Shown: positions 39,063 through 48,990, counted from the first letter of the stretch. The stretch: DNA of 64,000 nucleotides from Gemmatimonas sp. (GCA_031414535.1 JANNVQ010000014.1:293961-357960); one strand, 5' to 3'. Notes: generated by a model not told the origin, from the letters alone. A program made the numbers and translations.

Positions 39063-39686
39063 ATGAAGACCTACGTGTACGTAGACGGCTTCAACTTGTA
39101 CTACGGGGCGTTGCGGGGAACACCGTATCGTTGGCTAGACCTCGAGCGCCTCTGCGCTCTGATGCTGCCGCCTAATGACGTGCAGCGAATCAACTACTAC
39201 ACCGCTAAGGTTGGAGCGCGGGTCGGTGATCCCGACCAGCCGCTTCGTCAGCAATTGTATTTGCGAGCGCTCGGGACATTACCTCGTGTGCACGTGCACT
39301 TCGGCCACTACTTGAGCCATGCCGTCTGGATGCCACTTGCCCAGCCAACCCAAGGTGGGCCGAGGTTTGCCCAGGTTCTGAAGACCGAGGAGAAAGGCTC
39401 CGACGTAAATCTTGCGACCCAGTTAGTCAGTGACGCATACGAGGATGCATTCGATTGTGCGGTGCTGATTACGAACGATTCTGACCTTCGTGAACCCATC
39501 GCTCTTGTGAGAAGTCGGCTGGGCAAGTCCGTGGGCGTACTGAATCCGCGGAAGCACCCAGCCAACGTCCTGATGAGAACGGCGAGCTTTATGAAGCCGA
39601 TTAGATCCGGCGTTCTACAACAGAGCCAGCTGCCGCCGGTGCTTATCGATGCGCGAGGTGCCTTCCTTAGACCTGCAGGGTGGTAA
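39063..39686 (+). CDS. NYN-domain (PIN-like) ribonuclease
   Basis: VYVDGFNLYY, YYTA, EEKGSDVNLA, TNDSDL. Confidence 0.9.
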   Translation: MKTYVYVDGFNLYYGALRGTPYRWLDLERLCALMLPPNDVQRINYYTAKVGARVGDPDQPLRQQLYLRALGTLPRVHVHFGHYLSHAVWMPLAQPTQGGPRFAQVLKTEEKGSDVNLATQLVSDAYEDAFDCAVLITNDSDLREPIALVRSRLGKSVGVLNPRKHPANVLMRTASFMKPIRSGVLQQSQLPPVLIDARGAFLRPAGW

Positions 39687-39759
39687 CGCTGAGTCCTGTT
39701 CATACGTAAACTGTTGTAATACAACGGGTTAGCAACCGTTTTAGTAGAGCTTATTTGAT

Positions 39760-39801
39760 TTACTCAACATATTGAGTAATTTTACTCAATATGCTGAGCA
39801 A
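39760..39801. promoter_or_regulatory. Tandem palindromic operator overlapping the start codon
   Basis: TTACTCAA-CATA-TTGAGTAA then TTACTCAA-TATG-CTGAGCAA. Confidence 0.75.
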
Positions 39802-40996
39802 TTCTAGCGGACAACAATACAGGCGCCCACAGGCCGCCATCCTCTGCGACCGACTCACTGAGCCGCGACGCTTCATTCAGTTCGTCTCCGGCCCGCGCCA
39901 GGTGGGGAAGACCACGCTAGTCCAGCAGGTCTTGGCGGACCTACAGATGCCTTCGCTGTATGTCTCGGCCGACGACGCCGGGGGTCGGGACGCAGCTTGG
40001 CTCGAAAGCATATGGATGGAGGCTCGCATCCTCGCGGGAGACAGTCAAAGCGCGGCAGCCGTACTCGTCGTGGATGAAGTACAGAAGATCCACGAGTGGT
40101 CAGAAGTCGTGAAGCGACTTTGGGACGAGGACAGTCGCCATCAAGTTCCCCTGCGTGTAGTGCTGCTCGGTTCGGCTCCGCTCTTGATGCAACGCGGACT
40201 CACGGAGAGTCTCGCCGGACGATTCGAAACCATCCACGCGGGCCACTGGGGCTTCGCGGAAATGCGCGAGGCGTTCGGATGGGATCTCGAGACCTTCATT
40301 TACTACGGTGGCTATCCAGGCGCAGCATCGCTCATTGAAGACGGTGAACGCTGGAGACGGTACGTGCTGGACTCGTTGGTGGAGACAACCATCGCGCGTG
40401 ACGTGTTGTTGATGGCACGCATCGACAAGCCCGCCTTGCTGCGACGGCTCTTCGAGCTTGGCTGCCGCTACTCCGGACAGGTGCTGTCGTACACCAAGAT
40501 GATTGGCCAACTCCAAGATGCCGGCAACACGACAACGCTCGCACATTATCTCGAGCTACTCGGCGCAGCGGGAATGCTGCGTGGTTTGCAGAAGTTTGCG
40601 GGAGATGCTGCACGTCAAAGAGGATCGAGTCCAAAACTGCAGGTGTTCAACACCGCACTGATGACCGCAACGTCGGGGCTGAGTTTTACAGAAGCGCGAG
40701 CCGATCACGAGTTCTGGGGGCGACTTGTGGAGTCTGCCGTGGGAGCGCAGCTCGCCAATGCTGCAGCGGCGGGAGAGTTTGAGCTCTTCTACTGGCGAGA
40801 GGGGTTGCGAGAGGTGGACTTCGTGGTGGCGCGTGGCGCGACGGTGATTGGCATCGAGGTGAAGAGCGGGCGAGCGACAGTGACGCAGCCAGGGCTCAGT
40901 GCATTTCAGTCTGCGTTCGATGTTTCGAGGGTGATGCTGGTTGGGGGGCCGGGCATGGGGTTGGAGAGCTTCTTCACTCGGCCGGTTCTCGGGTAG
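39791..40996 (+). CDS. AAA_14 + DUF4143 ATP-binding protein
   Basis: GPRQVGKTT, VDEVQK, ESLAGR, GGYP, YWRE..EVDFV..IEVKSG. Confidence 0.9.
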   Translation: MLSNSSGQQYRRPQAAILCDRLTEPRRFIQFVSGPRQVGKTTLVQQVLADLQMPSLYVSADDAGGRDAAWLESIWMEARILAGDSQSAAAVLVVDEVQKIHEWSEVVKRLWDEDSRHQVPLRVVLLGSAPLLMQRGLTESLAGRFETIHAGHWGFAEMREAFGWDLETFIYYGGYPGAASLIEDGERWRRYVLDSLVETTIARDVLLMARIDKPALLRRLFELGCRYSGQVLSYTKMIGQLQDAGNTTTLAHYLELLGAAGMLRGLQKFAGDAARQRGSSPKLQVFNTALMTATSGLSFTEARADHEFWGRLVESAVGAQLANAAAAGEFELFYWREGLREVDFVVARGATVIGIEVKSGRATVTQPGLSAFQSAFDVSRVMLVGGPGMGLESFFTRPVLG

Positions 40997-41125
40997 ACCG
41001 CCGATTTGTCATTTCTATGCGACGCAGATGCGTGTGCGGTACTCGCCGCGGATTGCGCGTTGGATTGCGGAGCATGAGAGAGTATTCTTAAATTACTATA
41101 TGACTTATAAAGTACTTTAAGTTGC

Positions 41126-41154
41126 TTGACAGGCTTTAATGATACTTATAAGCT
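41126..41154 (+). promoter_or_regulatory. Sigma70 promoter of the second hipBA
   Basis: TTGACA-17-TAAGCT in an AT-rich tract. Confidence 0.65.
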
Positions 41155-41181
41155 TATTTATAATACATCAGGAGCCTGCGC

Positions 41182-41514
41182 CTGCCTCGCCTCGATTCCA
41201 CTGCCACCACCGCCGAGATCCTCCAAGAACTCGGCGCCCGTCTCCGGCGCTACCGGCTGCAGCAGAACCGCACGGTCGCCGAGATCGCTGAGCTCAGCGG
41301 CCTCACGCGCGTGACCGTCGCGCGCGCCGAGCGCGGCGAACGTCCCACGCTCGAAAGCGTGGTGCGCATTCTGCGGGCGCTTGATCGCGTGGAATCGCTC
41401 GACGCATTTCTCCCCGCGCCGCTGGTCTCGCCCTTAGAACTCGCACGCCTGAGCGGCCGCGAGCGCAAACGAGCCGGCACCACGCGCAAACGCCGTGGTC
41501 ACACAGATGGCTGA
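41182..41514 (+). CDS. HipB-like XRE antitoxin with a probable CTG start
   Basis: AGGAG 7 nt before CTG; AEILQELGARLRRYRLQQNRTVAEIAELSG is in frame with ORF 41311-41514. Confidence 0.75.
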   Translation: MPRLDSTATTAEILQELGARLRRYRLQQNRTVAEIAELSGLTRVTVARAERGERPTLESVVRILRALDRVESLDAFLPAPLVSPLELARLSGRERKRAGTTRKRRGHTDG

Positions 41515-42787
41515 CATCGTCGCGCAGATTGAGCTGTGGGGACAGCAAGTTGGCGCGGTCGCAGAGCAGCGCGATGGGCGAGTCGTATTTGAGTACGAGC
41601 CGAGCTTCGCGCGCTCGGGGTTGGAAATTTCTCCGGTGCATCTTCCGCTGCGGCTGCGTGGCCCGGTCGCGTTTGCGGAACTCTCGCGACTGCCGTCGTT
41701 TGCGGGACTTCCTGGCGTTCTAGCTGACGCCTTGCCCGATGCATTCGGTAACGCGGTGATCTCACGCTACTTCGCGGCGCGCGGAACGCCCGATGCGGCC
41801 TTCAGTCCCATCCAAAAACTGCTCTATATCGGAAGGCGTGCGATGGGCGCGCTGGAGTTTGTGCCGCCGCTGGAGGTGCCGCGCAGCGCCGAGATGGAGG
41901 ACGCACTAGAGGTCGCGCAGCTGGTGCAGGAAGCGCGCCGAGTAATCGAGGGAGATGTAGAAGTGGCCGTTCCCGCTATGATGCAGTCAGGTGGCTCAGC
42001 CGGTGGCGCGCGCGCGAAGGCGTTGATTTTATGGAATCGCAATCTCTCTCGCGTGAAGTCCGCCTTTGCGAGTCCAGAGGCAGACGATGAGTCTTGGCTC
42101 ATCAAGTTTGATGGCGTGTCGCGCGGCGGCGGCGGGCACGCGTTGGAAGCAGCGTTTGCTGCGGGGCCCTGGGGCCGCATCGAGTACGCCTACTCGCGCT
42201 TGGCGCGCGCGGCTCGCATCACGATGTCGGACACGTATCTGCTGCGCGAGCGCGAGTTCGCGCACTTTATGACCAAGCGCTTTGATCGTGTGGGCAACCA
42301 GCGCCTTCATATGCACAGCCTCGGCGGGCTGCAGCACGTGGACTACAATCTGCGTGGCGCCTACTCGTACGAATCGTACTTGCGGACAATTCGACTCCTA
42401 GGAATGGGGCAGCCGGCCGTGGATGAAGGATTCCGGCGAATGGTCTTCAACTTGGCGACGCGCAATCAGGACGACCACGTGAAGAACCTTGGGTTCTTGA
42501 TGTCACCGAGTGGTCAGTGGAACTTGGCACCAGCGTTCGATCTCACGTATGCCGTTGGCGGGCGCTGGGCGCAGACACATCAGATGACGGCGCGCGGAAA
42601 GGACGATGACTTTACGCGTGATGATGTGCTGGCCGTGGGACGAATGTTTGATGTCGCGCGGGATGGCGCCGAAATAATCGGCGAGGTGGATGCTGCCCTC
42701 GACGAGTGGCCGCGAGAAGCGGCGGATGCGGAGATTGGAACTGATTTGGCGACGGAGATTGCCGGGGCGTTTCGGCGCTTTGCGTAG
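41507..42787 (+). CDS. hipA: HipA-family kinase toxin (second copy)
   Basis: DALPDAFGN, SAGGARAK, KRFDR, NQDDHVKN, LAPAFD. Confidence 0.9.
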   Translation: MADIVAQIELWGQQVGAVAEQRDGRVVFEYEPSFARSGLEISPVHLPLRLRGPVAFAELSRLPSFAGLPGVLADALPDAFGNAVISRYFAARGTPDAAFSPIQKLLYIGRRAMGALEFVPPLEVPRSAEMEDALEVAQLVQEARRVIEGDVEVAVPAMMQSGGSAGGARAKALILWNRNLSRVKSAFASPEADDESWLIKFDGVSRGGGGHALEAAFAAGPWGRIEYAYSRLARAARITMSDTYLLREREFAHFMTKRFDRVGNQRLHMHSLGGLQHVDYNLRGAYSYESYLRTIRLLGMGQPAVDEGFRRMVFNLATRNQDDHVKNLGFLMSPSGQWNLAPAFDLTYAVGGRWAQTHQMTARGKDDDFTRDDVLAVGRMFDVARDGAEIIGEVDAALDEWPREAADAEIGTDLATEIAGAFRRFA

Positions 42788-42795
42788 CGTCTCCT

Positions 42796-42869
42796 CGGGC
42801 GTCAAGAACGTCATCGGCATCAACGGCATGGGCGTGGCTCCGACTGGTGCCACGGCTGACTTCTATAGA
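42796..42869 (+). pseudogene. Short fragment of a gamma-glutamyltransferase homologue
   Basis: GVKNVIGINGMGVAPTGATADFYR versus GLKKVIGINGMGVAPTGATAAYYR at 47336-47409. Confidence 0.85.
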
Positions 42870-43548
42870 CGCGGCCTACTCAGCATCTCCTTCACAGACC
42901 AGATCGCGTCCTGGCGCAGCTCAATCTCCCCACGCGCACTCTTGATACGCGCGACGTACACATCCTTCCGCGTGCGCTCGTGCATCGGCTGCGCAATCTG
43001 CTGGGCGAGTAGCTCCAACTCTTCCAGCGTATCAAGAGCACCCGGCAGCCCTTCGGCGTAGCGCGACATCAAGGAGAACTCGCGTTGCATATACTGCTGC
43101 GCGCCCAACCAGTCGTGCCGCTGGTTCATCTCAAGGGCCCGACGCATCACATCGGACTGCCACGCCTTGAGCGCAACGAGTGAACGCTCGTGGTCTCGCG
43201 GCTGCGCGGAGTTCACGTGCCCTTCGGCGAAGCGGAGTTCCACTTCCTCCTCACGAGAGCGCAACTCGCCTGAGTCATCTGGCATCTGCGCGTGCAGGAC
43301 TGCGCTTGCGCGCACCTGAGCCCCCACTCGGCTCCGCGGACAGAAGACCCGAATCACCACGCGCTTGGTTTGATCCGGTGCCAAGCTTCCCACTTGCACG
43401 GCGAGGGTTCCCATAAGCTCCGTCGCACTCCAAGCGCCCACGACTTCGGCACGCTCGGCGCCCTCGATGCTGACGCGGATGCCTGGGTCCGACGTTGGCC
43501 TGCCCGTCGGTGATGAGGATGACACGATGCGAAGCACGCGCGTGCGCG
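42863..43548 (-). pseudogene. Truncated, internally deleted vWA paralogue
   Basis: ARASHRVILITDGQANVG joined out of frame to AERAEVVGAW..KRVVIRVFC..VYVARIKSARGE; similar to 28652-29989. Confidence 0.85.
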
Positions 43549-43551
43549 GGT

Positions 43552-43734
43552 TCACATACCCCGGTTCCACTGACTGCTCGCGGAATCGCCACGCGAATCT
43601 AGCTGCGCGGTGACGTGAAGAGTGAGCAAGCTCACATCCGCGTGGTCCTCGGGGGGCGAGGTTACCTCATCCGCGCACGCTGAGAGTGCAAGTACAAGCA
43701 CACTTGATGAAAGAATCTTTAGCAATGTTCTCAT
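43552..43734 (-). pseudogene. Truncated lipoprotein N-terminus
   Basis: MRTLLKILSSSVLVLALSAC lipobox; ends at the vWA-remnant junction. Confidence 0.5.
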
Positions 43735-43943
43735 GCGATACATGTGCGTTTTACTAGCGTTTTCTGCCACTAATCGCTCTAGGTCGGGCATTTGGTCCAG
43801 TAATGGCGCAACTTCGCTCGAATAGTCTCGCTCAAGCAAATATGCCACACCACGTCATCTCCTTGACTTACTCCGCGTAGCAGTAGTGATTCACATGGCG
43901 CAGCACCTCGGCCGCGCTCGTCGCGTCCTAATAGCCCTGCGCA

Positions 43944-46937
43944 ATGTTTTCAAAGCTTTCGAGAGCGCCTCGCGCGCTCCTCGCGGTTGTGTTCGTCACC
44001 GCCCTGTCCTGCGCCAAAGATTCGCCCACTGGCCCAGATGTTTTGCCGACACTCCTCACCATCGTTCCTGAAGTCACGAGCGCGACGCCGTCGAGCGCTG
44101 TCACGCTTGTGGTGCGCGGTGCGGTACTCCCTGCTACTGGCTTGAGCGCACTGTACGGGTCCACCGCTGTCATCATTGGTCGTGCCACTGACAGCACCGC
44201 GGTCATCTTGGTGCCGATTGCAGCAGCTGGCACAGCCTCGCTGCGAGTCAGCTTCACGGGCGCCGCAGGCAGCGTCCCCTTCACTATTGTGGACTCGCCA
44301 CCAGTGACAAACCCGGACGCGTTCCTCGATAGCACGACAACAGCACTCGAGGCGCAGATCCCGACGTTCACCGATCTCGACTCAGCGTCTCGCGCTTTTG
44401 CGACCGCACGCTTAGCGAGCATCGATGCCGCGTTAGCAGCGCTCACTCCTGCTCAGCGAGCCAATGCGGCAGTCGCGATTCGTAATGCGGCGGCAGCGCT
44501 GGCGGCAGCCACGGCTACTCCCGCGCTTCGCGAAGCAGACGAAGTCTTGACCGCTGCTACCCTTACGGGCGGCTGCGCTTGCGGCGGCACCGGCAGCACC
44601 CTCGAAGATTGCACAAGCCGGATTCCCGCCCCCGAGTTCGTCGCCATCAAGCTCGGCGTCGGTGCAGCCCTCATCTCCGAGGGCGTCGTGATTGGTAGCG
44701 CGAGCGGCGCCACTGGTTACGGCGCGGCCGTTGGCGGTGCCATCGCAGGACTCGGCATTTTCACGATTCTTAGGACGTACAACGAGGTGATGTGTCAGAC
44801 CACGCAGGCCATCTTCTCAGGTTTTAGTGAAGACCCCGAGTTACGCTCTGACGTGAGCAGCGAGATCATCGGGCTCGGTACCTACTTCAGCGACACGGCC
44901 TACCGCCTTAACGTGAGAGGACGGTACCAGTCGGCGAGCCGCGCTACGGCAAGCAAGAATCTTTTTGCCGCGCGCGTGATGAGTGCGTTGGATTTCCTTG
45001 CAGCCATCTGGGGCGACCTGCGCGCCAAGTTCCCCACGTTGCCAAACTTTGCGGCCATTCCGCAGACACCATCAGTCACACTCGTGCAGCGCATTCCGAG
45101 CCAGTACCTGCAGCTCGGCGCGCGGACGCCCGCTGCGGTCAGTGGAAGCGCCGAGATTAAGCCAGACTCCACGTGGTGGGTGAAGTTCTCGCTGCCGCGC
45201 ATCGGCAACTTCCATCCGTTTCAGTTCGTCGTGAACTACACCGGGCCGGGTGCCACTGACACGCGCACGGACTACAGCGCGACACTGCGCCCAGACACCT
45301 TCCCCGTTGCGACCGTTGAGATTGTTGGGGGCGACGCTGTGATTGGCGTGCGAGTTGACCAGTCGCGCCTGGTCGAAGCCATCATGAAGGACTCAGCGAA
45401 TCGTGTCATCACTGACCGCTTGCCTGTCTGGTCTACAAGCATTCCAGCCACTGCCACGGTATCGAGCACTGGACTTCTCAGGGGCATTCGAGAGGGCGTG
45501 ACGTCACTCTTTGCCGTCGGTGAAACCATTCGCGATGACGCTGTCGTGCTGGTGGGTCCGATTCCTGTAGATACGGTTGTGTTGAGTCCCGATACCCTTG
45601 CTCTGGGACTCGGTGGTGATGGTCGCTTTAACGTCACGCTGCTCGACTCACTGAATCGTGTGCTCGACGGGCGCGTGGTCACGTGGGAATCGCTCAACAC
45701 CAACATCGCGACCGTCAACGCCACGACGGGTCTCTTCACCGGCGTGCTTGGTGGATTCGCAACGATTCGCGCTACCTCTGAAGGCAAATCAACCCTAGCG
45801 ACGGTGAAGGTGATCAACGCCGCGCGCGCACTCTCGGTTGGTCCTGCTTCGTCGCATCAGTGCGCTATCTCCACTGGCGGCGCCATTCTTTGCTGGGGCA
45901 ACAACAGCTCCGGCCAGCTTGGCGATGGTACCGGAACCTCACGCAACGTTCCTGTGCTTTCTACCGCAGCCAGCGTGAACGCCGTTCAGGTGGTGACCGG
46001 CGCCGAGCATAGCTGCGCGCGCTATGCGAATGGCTCTGTGCAGTGCTGGGGTCTGAACGATGCGGGACAATTGGGCAATGGCCGCGAGACTCCGTTTGAA
46101 GTGCCTGCCACACTCGTTACTGGCGGAGTGAACTTCGCGAAACTCGCCGCTGGTCCGAACTCGACCTGTGGCATCTCGACGGTTGGTCAAGCCTATTGCT
46201 GGGGTGTGATGTTTGGCACCAACGCAACGCAGCCCATTCCTGTTGGCGCGGGCACCATCTTCACCGATATCACCACTGGCGGTAATGATGGCGCCTGCGG
46301 TCTCACCTCCGGCGGCAACATTCTTTGCTGGGGTCAGATTGGGTGGGAGTCCGCGACTTCTCCTGCCTACTCCGCATCACCGAGACTCGTCGGTGGCGGT
46401 CGTACGTACTCCAAGCTTGCCGCGTCACGCACTCATCAGTGCGGACTGAGCAGCGGTACGATTTGGTGCTGGGGCCTCGTTGACGCTGAAGCAGCGGGTG
46501 TCACTGCGTACCCGAAGCCGGCGCCAGACTCCACGGACTACACGGTGTTCCGTGGCGTTCCGTTCGCCATCTCTGCCAATGCAACGTTCACTGATGTTGT
46601 CGCAGGTGGCCGCTTTGTTTGCGGACTGAGCACCGGCGGCTCGGTGTATTGCTGGGGCACCCTCACGGCGGACCTTGAGCCAGATGGTTCTGTGCCGGGG
46701 ACCGGCGTGTTGGCTGGCACGCATTTTCCAGGCGATGGCGCCAAGCTCCAGGATGCGGCTGGTGGCACCTTCACCGCACTCGGCGCAAGCCGCAGCACAG
46801 TCTGCGGACTCAAGAACGGCGGCATCCCTTGGTGTTGGGGTTCGAACTATCGTGGGCAGACTGGGCAAGGCAGGGAGACTGGGGTGTTTCGCGGTGTCTC
46901 GCGGCCAGCTCCAGTCGCTGAACCCAACGAGCCGTAA
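43944..46937 (+). CDS. Large lipoprotein with Ig-like (Big_2) domains and RCC1-like repeats
   Basis: Lipobox ALSC; WSTS..ATVSSTG and WESLNTNIATV Ig repeats; multiple CWG(N)..GQLG repeats. Confidence 0.85.
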   Translation: MFSKLSRAPRALLAVVFVTALSCAKDSPTGPDVLPTLLTIVPEVTSATPSSAVTLVVRGAVLPATGLSALYGSTAVIIGRATDSTAVILVPIAAAGTASLRVSFTGAAGSVPFTIVDSPPVTNPDAFLDSTTTALEAQIPTFTDLDSASRAFATARLASIDAALAALTPAQRANAAVAIRNAAAALAAATATPALREADEVLTAATLTGGCACGGTGSTLEDCTSRIPAPEFVAIKLGVGAALISEGVVIGSASGATGYGAAVGGAIAGLGIFTILRTYNEVMCQTTQAIFSGFSEDPELRSDVSSEIIGLGTYFSDTAYRLNVRGRYQSASRATASKNLFAARVMSALDFLAAIWGDLRAKFPTLPNFAAIPQTPSVTLVQRIPSQYLQLGARTPAAVSGSAEIKPDSTWWVKFSLPRIGNFHPFQFVVNYTGPGATDTRTDYSATLRPDTFPVATVEIVGGDAVIGVRVDQSRLVEAIMKDSANRVITDRLPVWSTSIPATATVSSTGLLRGIREGVTSLFAVGETIRDDAVVLVGPIPVDTVVLSPDTLALGLGGDGRFNVTLLDSLNRVLDGRVVTWESLNTNIATVNATTGLFTGVLGGFATIRATSEGKSTLATVKVINAARALSVGPASSHQCAISTGGAILCWGNNSSGQLGDGTGTSRNVPVLSTAASVNAVQVVTGAEHSCARYANGSVQCWGLNDAGQLGNGRETPFEVPATLVTGGVNFAKLAAGPNSTCGISTVGQAYCWGVMFGTNATQPIPVGAGTIFTDITTGGNDGACGLTSGGNILCWGQIGWESATSPAYSASPRLVGGGRTYSKLAASRTHQCGLSSGTIWCWGLVDAEAAGVTAYPKPAPDSTDYTVFRGVPFAISANATFTDVVAGGRFVCGLSTGGSVYCWGTLTADLEPDGSVPGTGVLAGTHFPGDGAKLQDAAGGTFTALGASRSTVCGLKNGGIPWCWGSNYRGQTGQGRETGVFRGVSRPAPVAEPNEP

Positions 46938-46964
46938 TCTGAACGCGTAAGTAGTGAGGCAGGC

Positions 46965-47009
46965 AGAGGGAGCGGCGCCAGCAATGGTTCCGCTCCCTCT
47001 CTGTTTCTT
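46965..47009 (+). terminator. Intrinsic terminator
   Basis: AGAGGGAGCGG..CCGCTCCCTCT followed by CTGTTTCTT. Confidence 0.7.
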
Positions 47010-47055
47010 GTTACGTTCAAGCCATACTCTGCAAACCCACAAACGGTCTATCTGC

Positions 47056-48960
47056 ATGCGTCCGAATTTCGCCGCCACCCTCGCTTTGATCGTAGCGCTC
47101 ATTGGAGCTTCGCTCGCGCCATCGCTCGCGGACGCGCAGCGCACGGAGCGTCCACCACTGCACGGCCAGCACTGGGTAGCCGTCACTGGCAAGCCACTCG
47201 CTGCCACTGCCGGCTCGATGATCTTCCAGCAAGGCGGCAACGCCGTTGACGCTGCCGTCGCAATGCTCGCAGCGGCCTGCACCATGTGGGACACGCTCGG
47301 CTGCGGCGGCGAAACTCAAGCGCTGATCTACCACCCGGGCCTCAAGAAGGTCATCGGCATCAACGGGATGGGCGTCGCGCCCACAGGTGCCACGGCCGCA
47401 TACTATAGAAGTAGGGGTATGCAGTTCCCGCCAGAGTTTGGCCCGCTCGCCGCTACCACGCCAGGCACACCGGGCGCGATGATGGTCATGCTCGCCGAGT
47501 ATGGCACGATGTCGCTGGCCCAGGTGTTGGCGCCGGCGCTGCAGCTGGCTGAGCAGGGTTATCCGATTGAAGCGCAGTTGGCCAACGGCATCAACGCTAA
47601 CGCGCGTCGCATCAAGGAATGGAAGTACTCACCGAGCGTGTTCCTCACGCACCCAGGCGAAGCGCGCGAGGCGCCTTCAGCAGGCGAGATTTTTCGGCAA
47701 CCGGACCTGGCCGCGACGTTCCGCAAGTTGATTGAAGCCGAAGCGCAGGCGCTGCGCCGCCGCCGTCCGCGCCGCGAGGCAATTATGGCCGCTTACGATC
47801 GCTTCTATAAGGGTGACATCGCCGAGGAGATTGTGCGCGCCGTGCAAGAAGAAGGCGGCCTGTTCACGCGCGAAGACTTGGCCAACTGGCAGGTGAAGAT
47901 TGAAGAGCCGCTCTCCACGACGTATCGCGGCGTGACGGTGTACAAGCTGCAGCAGTGGCAGCAGGGCCCGGCGATGCTGCAGGCGCTCAACATCCTCGAG
48001 CAAGCGGACTTGCGCGGTATGGGCTACAACTCGGCGCAGTACATCCACACGATTTACCAGGCGATGAATCTCGCCTTTGCGGACCGCGACTTCTATTACG
48101 GTGATCCGGCGTTTGCGCCGGAAGAACCAATGCAGGGTCTGCTCTCGCGTGAGTATGCACGCGCGCGCTTTGCGCAGATGGACCAGACGCGCAACAACCC
48201 GGCGGTGAAGCCGGGCGATCCGTATCCATTCCAGAACGGCACCAATCCGTACACGGCGCTGCTTGAGCGTTGGAGCACCGAAGGTCCGCGCGCGATGCCG
48301 CGTCCGGGTGCAACGCCGGGCGCAGAGAGCTCAGAAGTACTCCGCAGCGATGACGCGACCTTCGACGAAGCGTTCACGCGCGGCACGACGTCCATTCAGG
48401 CGGCAGACAAAGCGGGCTGGATGGTGAGCATCACGCCATCCGGTGGCTGGGTGCCGGCCGTGATTGCTGGCCGCACGGGCATCGGGCTCTCGCAGCGCAT
48501 GCAGTCGTTTGTGACTGACGCTGAAGACGGTCCATTCAATGTGATTGAGCCCGGCAAGCGTCCGCGCGTGACGCTCACGCCCACGCTGGCGATGAAGGAC
48601 GGCGAACCCTGGATGGCCTTCTCCGTGCAGGGTGGCGACACGCAGGATCAAGATCTCCTGCAGTTCTTCTTAGCGATGGTGGAGTTCAATCAGACGCCGC
48701 AGCAGGCGGCCGAACACCCCGGATTCCACTCGTATCAGATGCGCTCGAGCTTTGGTGCGCACGAGGCGCGGCCGGGGCGCTTACAGCTGAACGAGCGTAT
48801 TCCGAGCTGGGTGCGCGATGATCTGCGTGCGAAGGGATACTCACTTGAGTTTGCCACGCATACATCGGGGCCGATCACGGCGATTATGTGGGATCGTCGT
48901 AACCGGAGCTTCTGGGGGGCGGCGAGCAACTTCGGTGAGGATTACGGCATTGCGTGGTGA
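47056..48960 (+). CDS. ggt: Gamma-glutamyltransferase family protein
   Basis: GGNAVDAAVA, FYKGDIA, GTTS catalytic Thr, PGKRP..TLTP, GGDTQ. Confidence 0.92.
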   Translation: MRPNFAATLALIVALIGASLAPSLADAQRTERPPLHGQHWVAVTGKPLAATAGSMIFQQGGNAVDAAVAMLAAACTMWDTLGCGGETQALIYHPGLKKVIGINGMGVAPTGATAAYYRSRGMQFPPEFGPLAATTPGTPGAMMVMLAEYGTMSLAQVLAPALQLAEQGYPIEAQLANGINANARRIKEWKYSPSVFLTHPGEAREAPSAGEIFRQPDLAATFRKLIEAEAQALRRRRPRREAIMAAYDRFYKGDIAEEIVRAVQEEGGLFTREDLANWQVKIEEPLSTTYRGVTVYKLQQWQQGPAMLQALNILEQADLRGMGYNSAQYIHTIYQAMNLAFADRDFYYGDPAFAPEEPMQGLLSREYARARFAQMDQTRNNPAVKPGDPYPFQNGTNPYTALLERWSTEGPRAMPRPGATPGAESSEVLRSDDATFDEAFTRGTTSIQAADKAGWMVSITPSGGWVPAVIAGRTGIGLSQRMQSFVTDAEDGPFNVIEPGKRPRVTLTPTLAMKDGEPWMAFSVQGGDTQDQDLLQFFLAMVEFNQTPQQAAEHPGFHSYQMRSSFGAHEARPGRLQLNERIPSWVRDDLRAKGYSLEFATHTSGPITAIMWDRRNRSFWGAASNFGEDYGIAW

Positions 48961-48990
48961 ACGCGTTCGACTAGGTGATTAGCTAAGAGT

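Noticed and set aside
9200..43900. Prophage, ICE or integron
   Set aside because: No integrase, transposase, relaxase, structural genes or attC sites recognised
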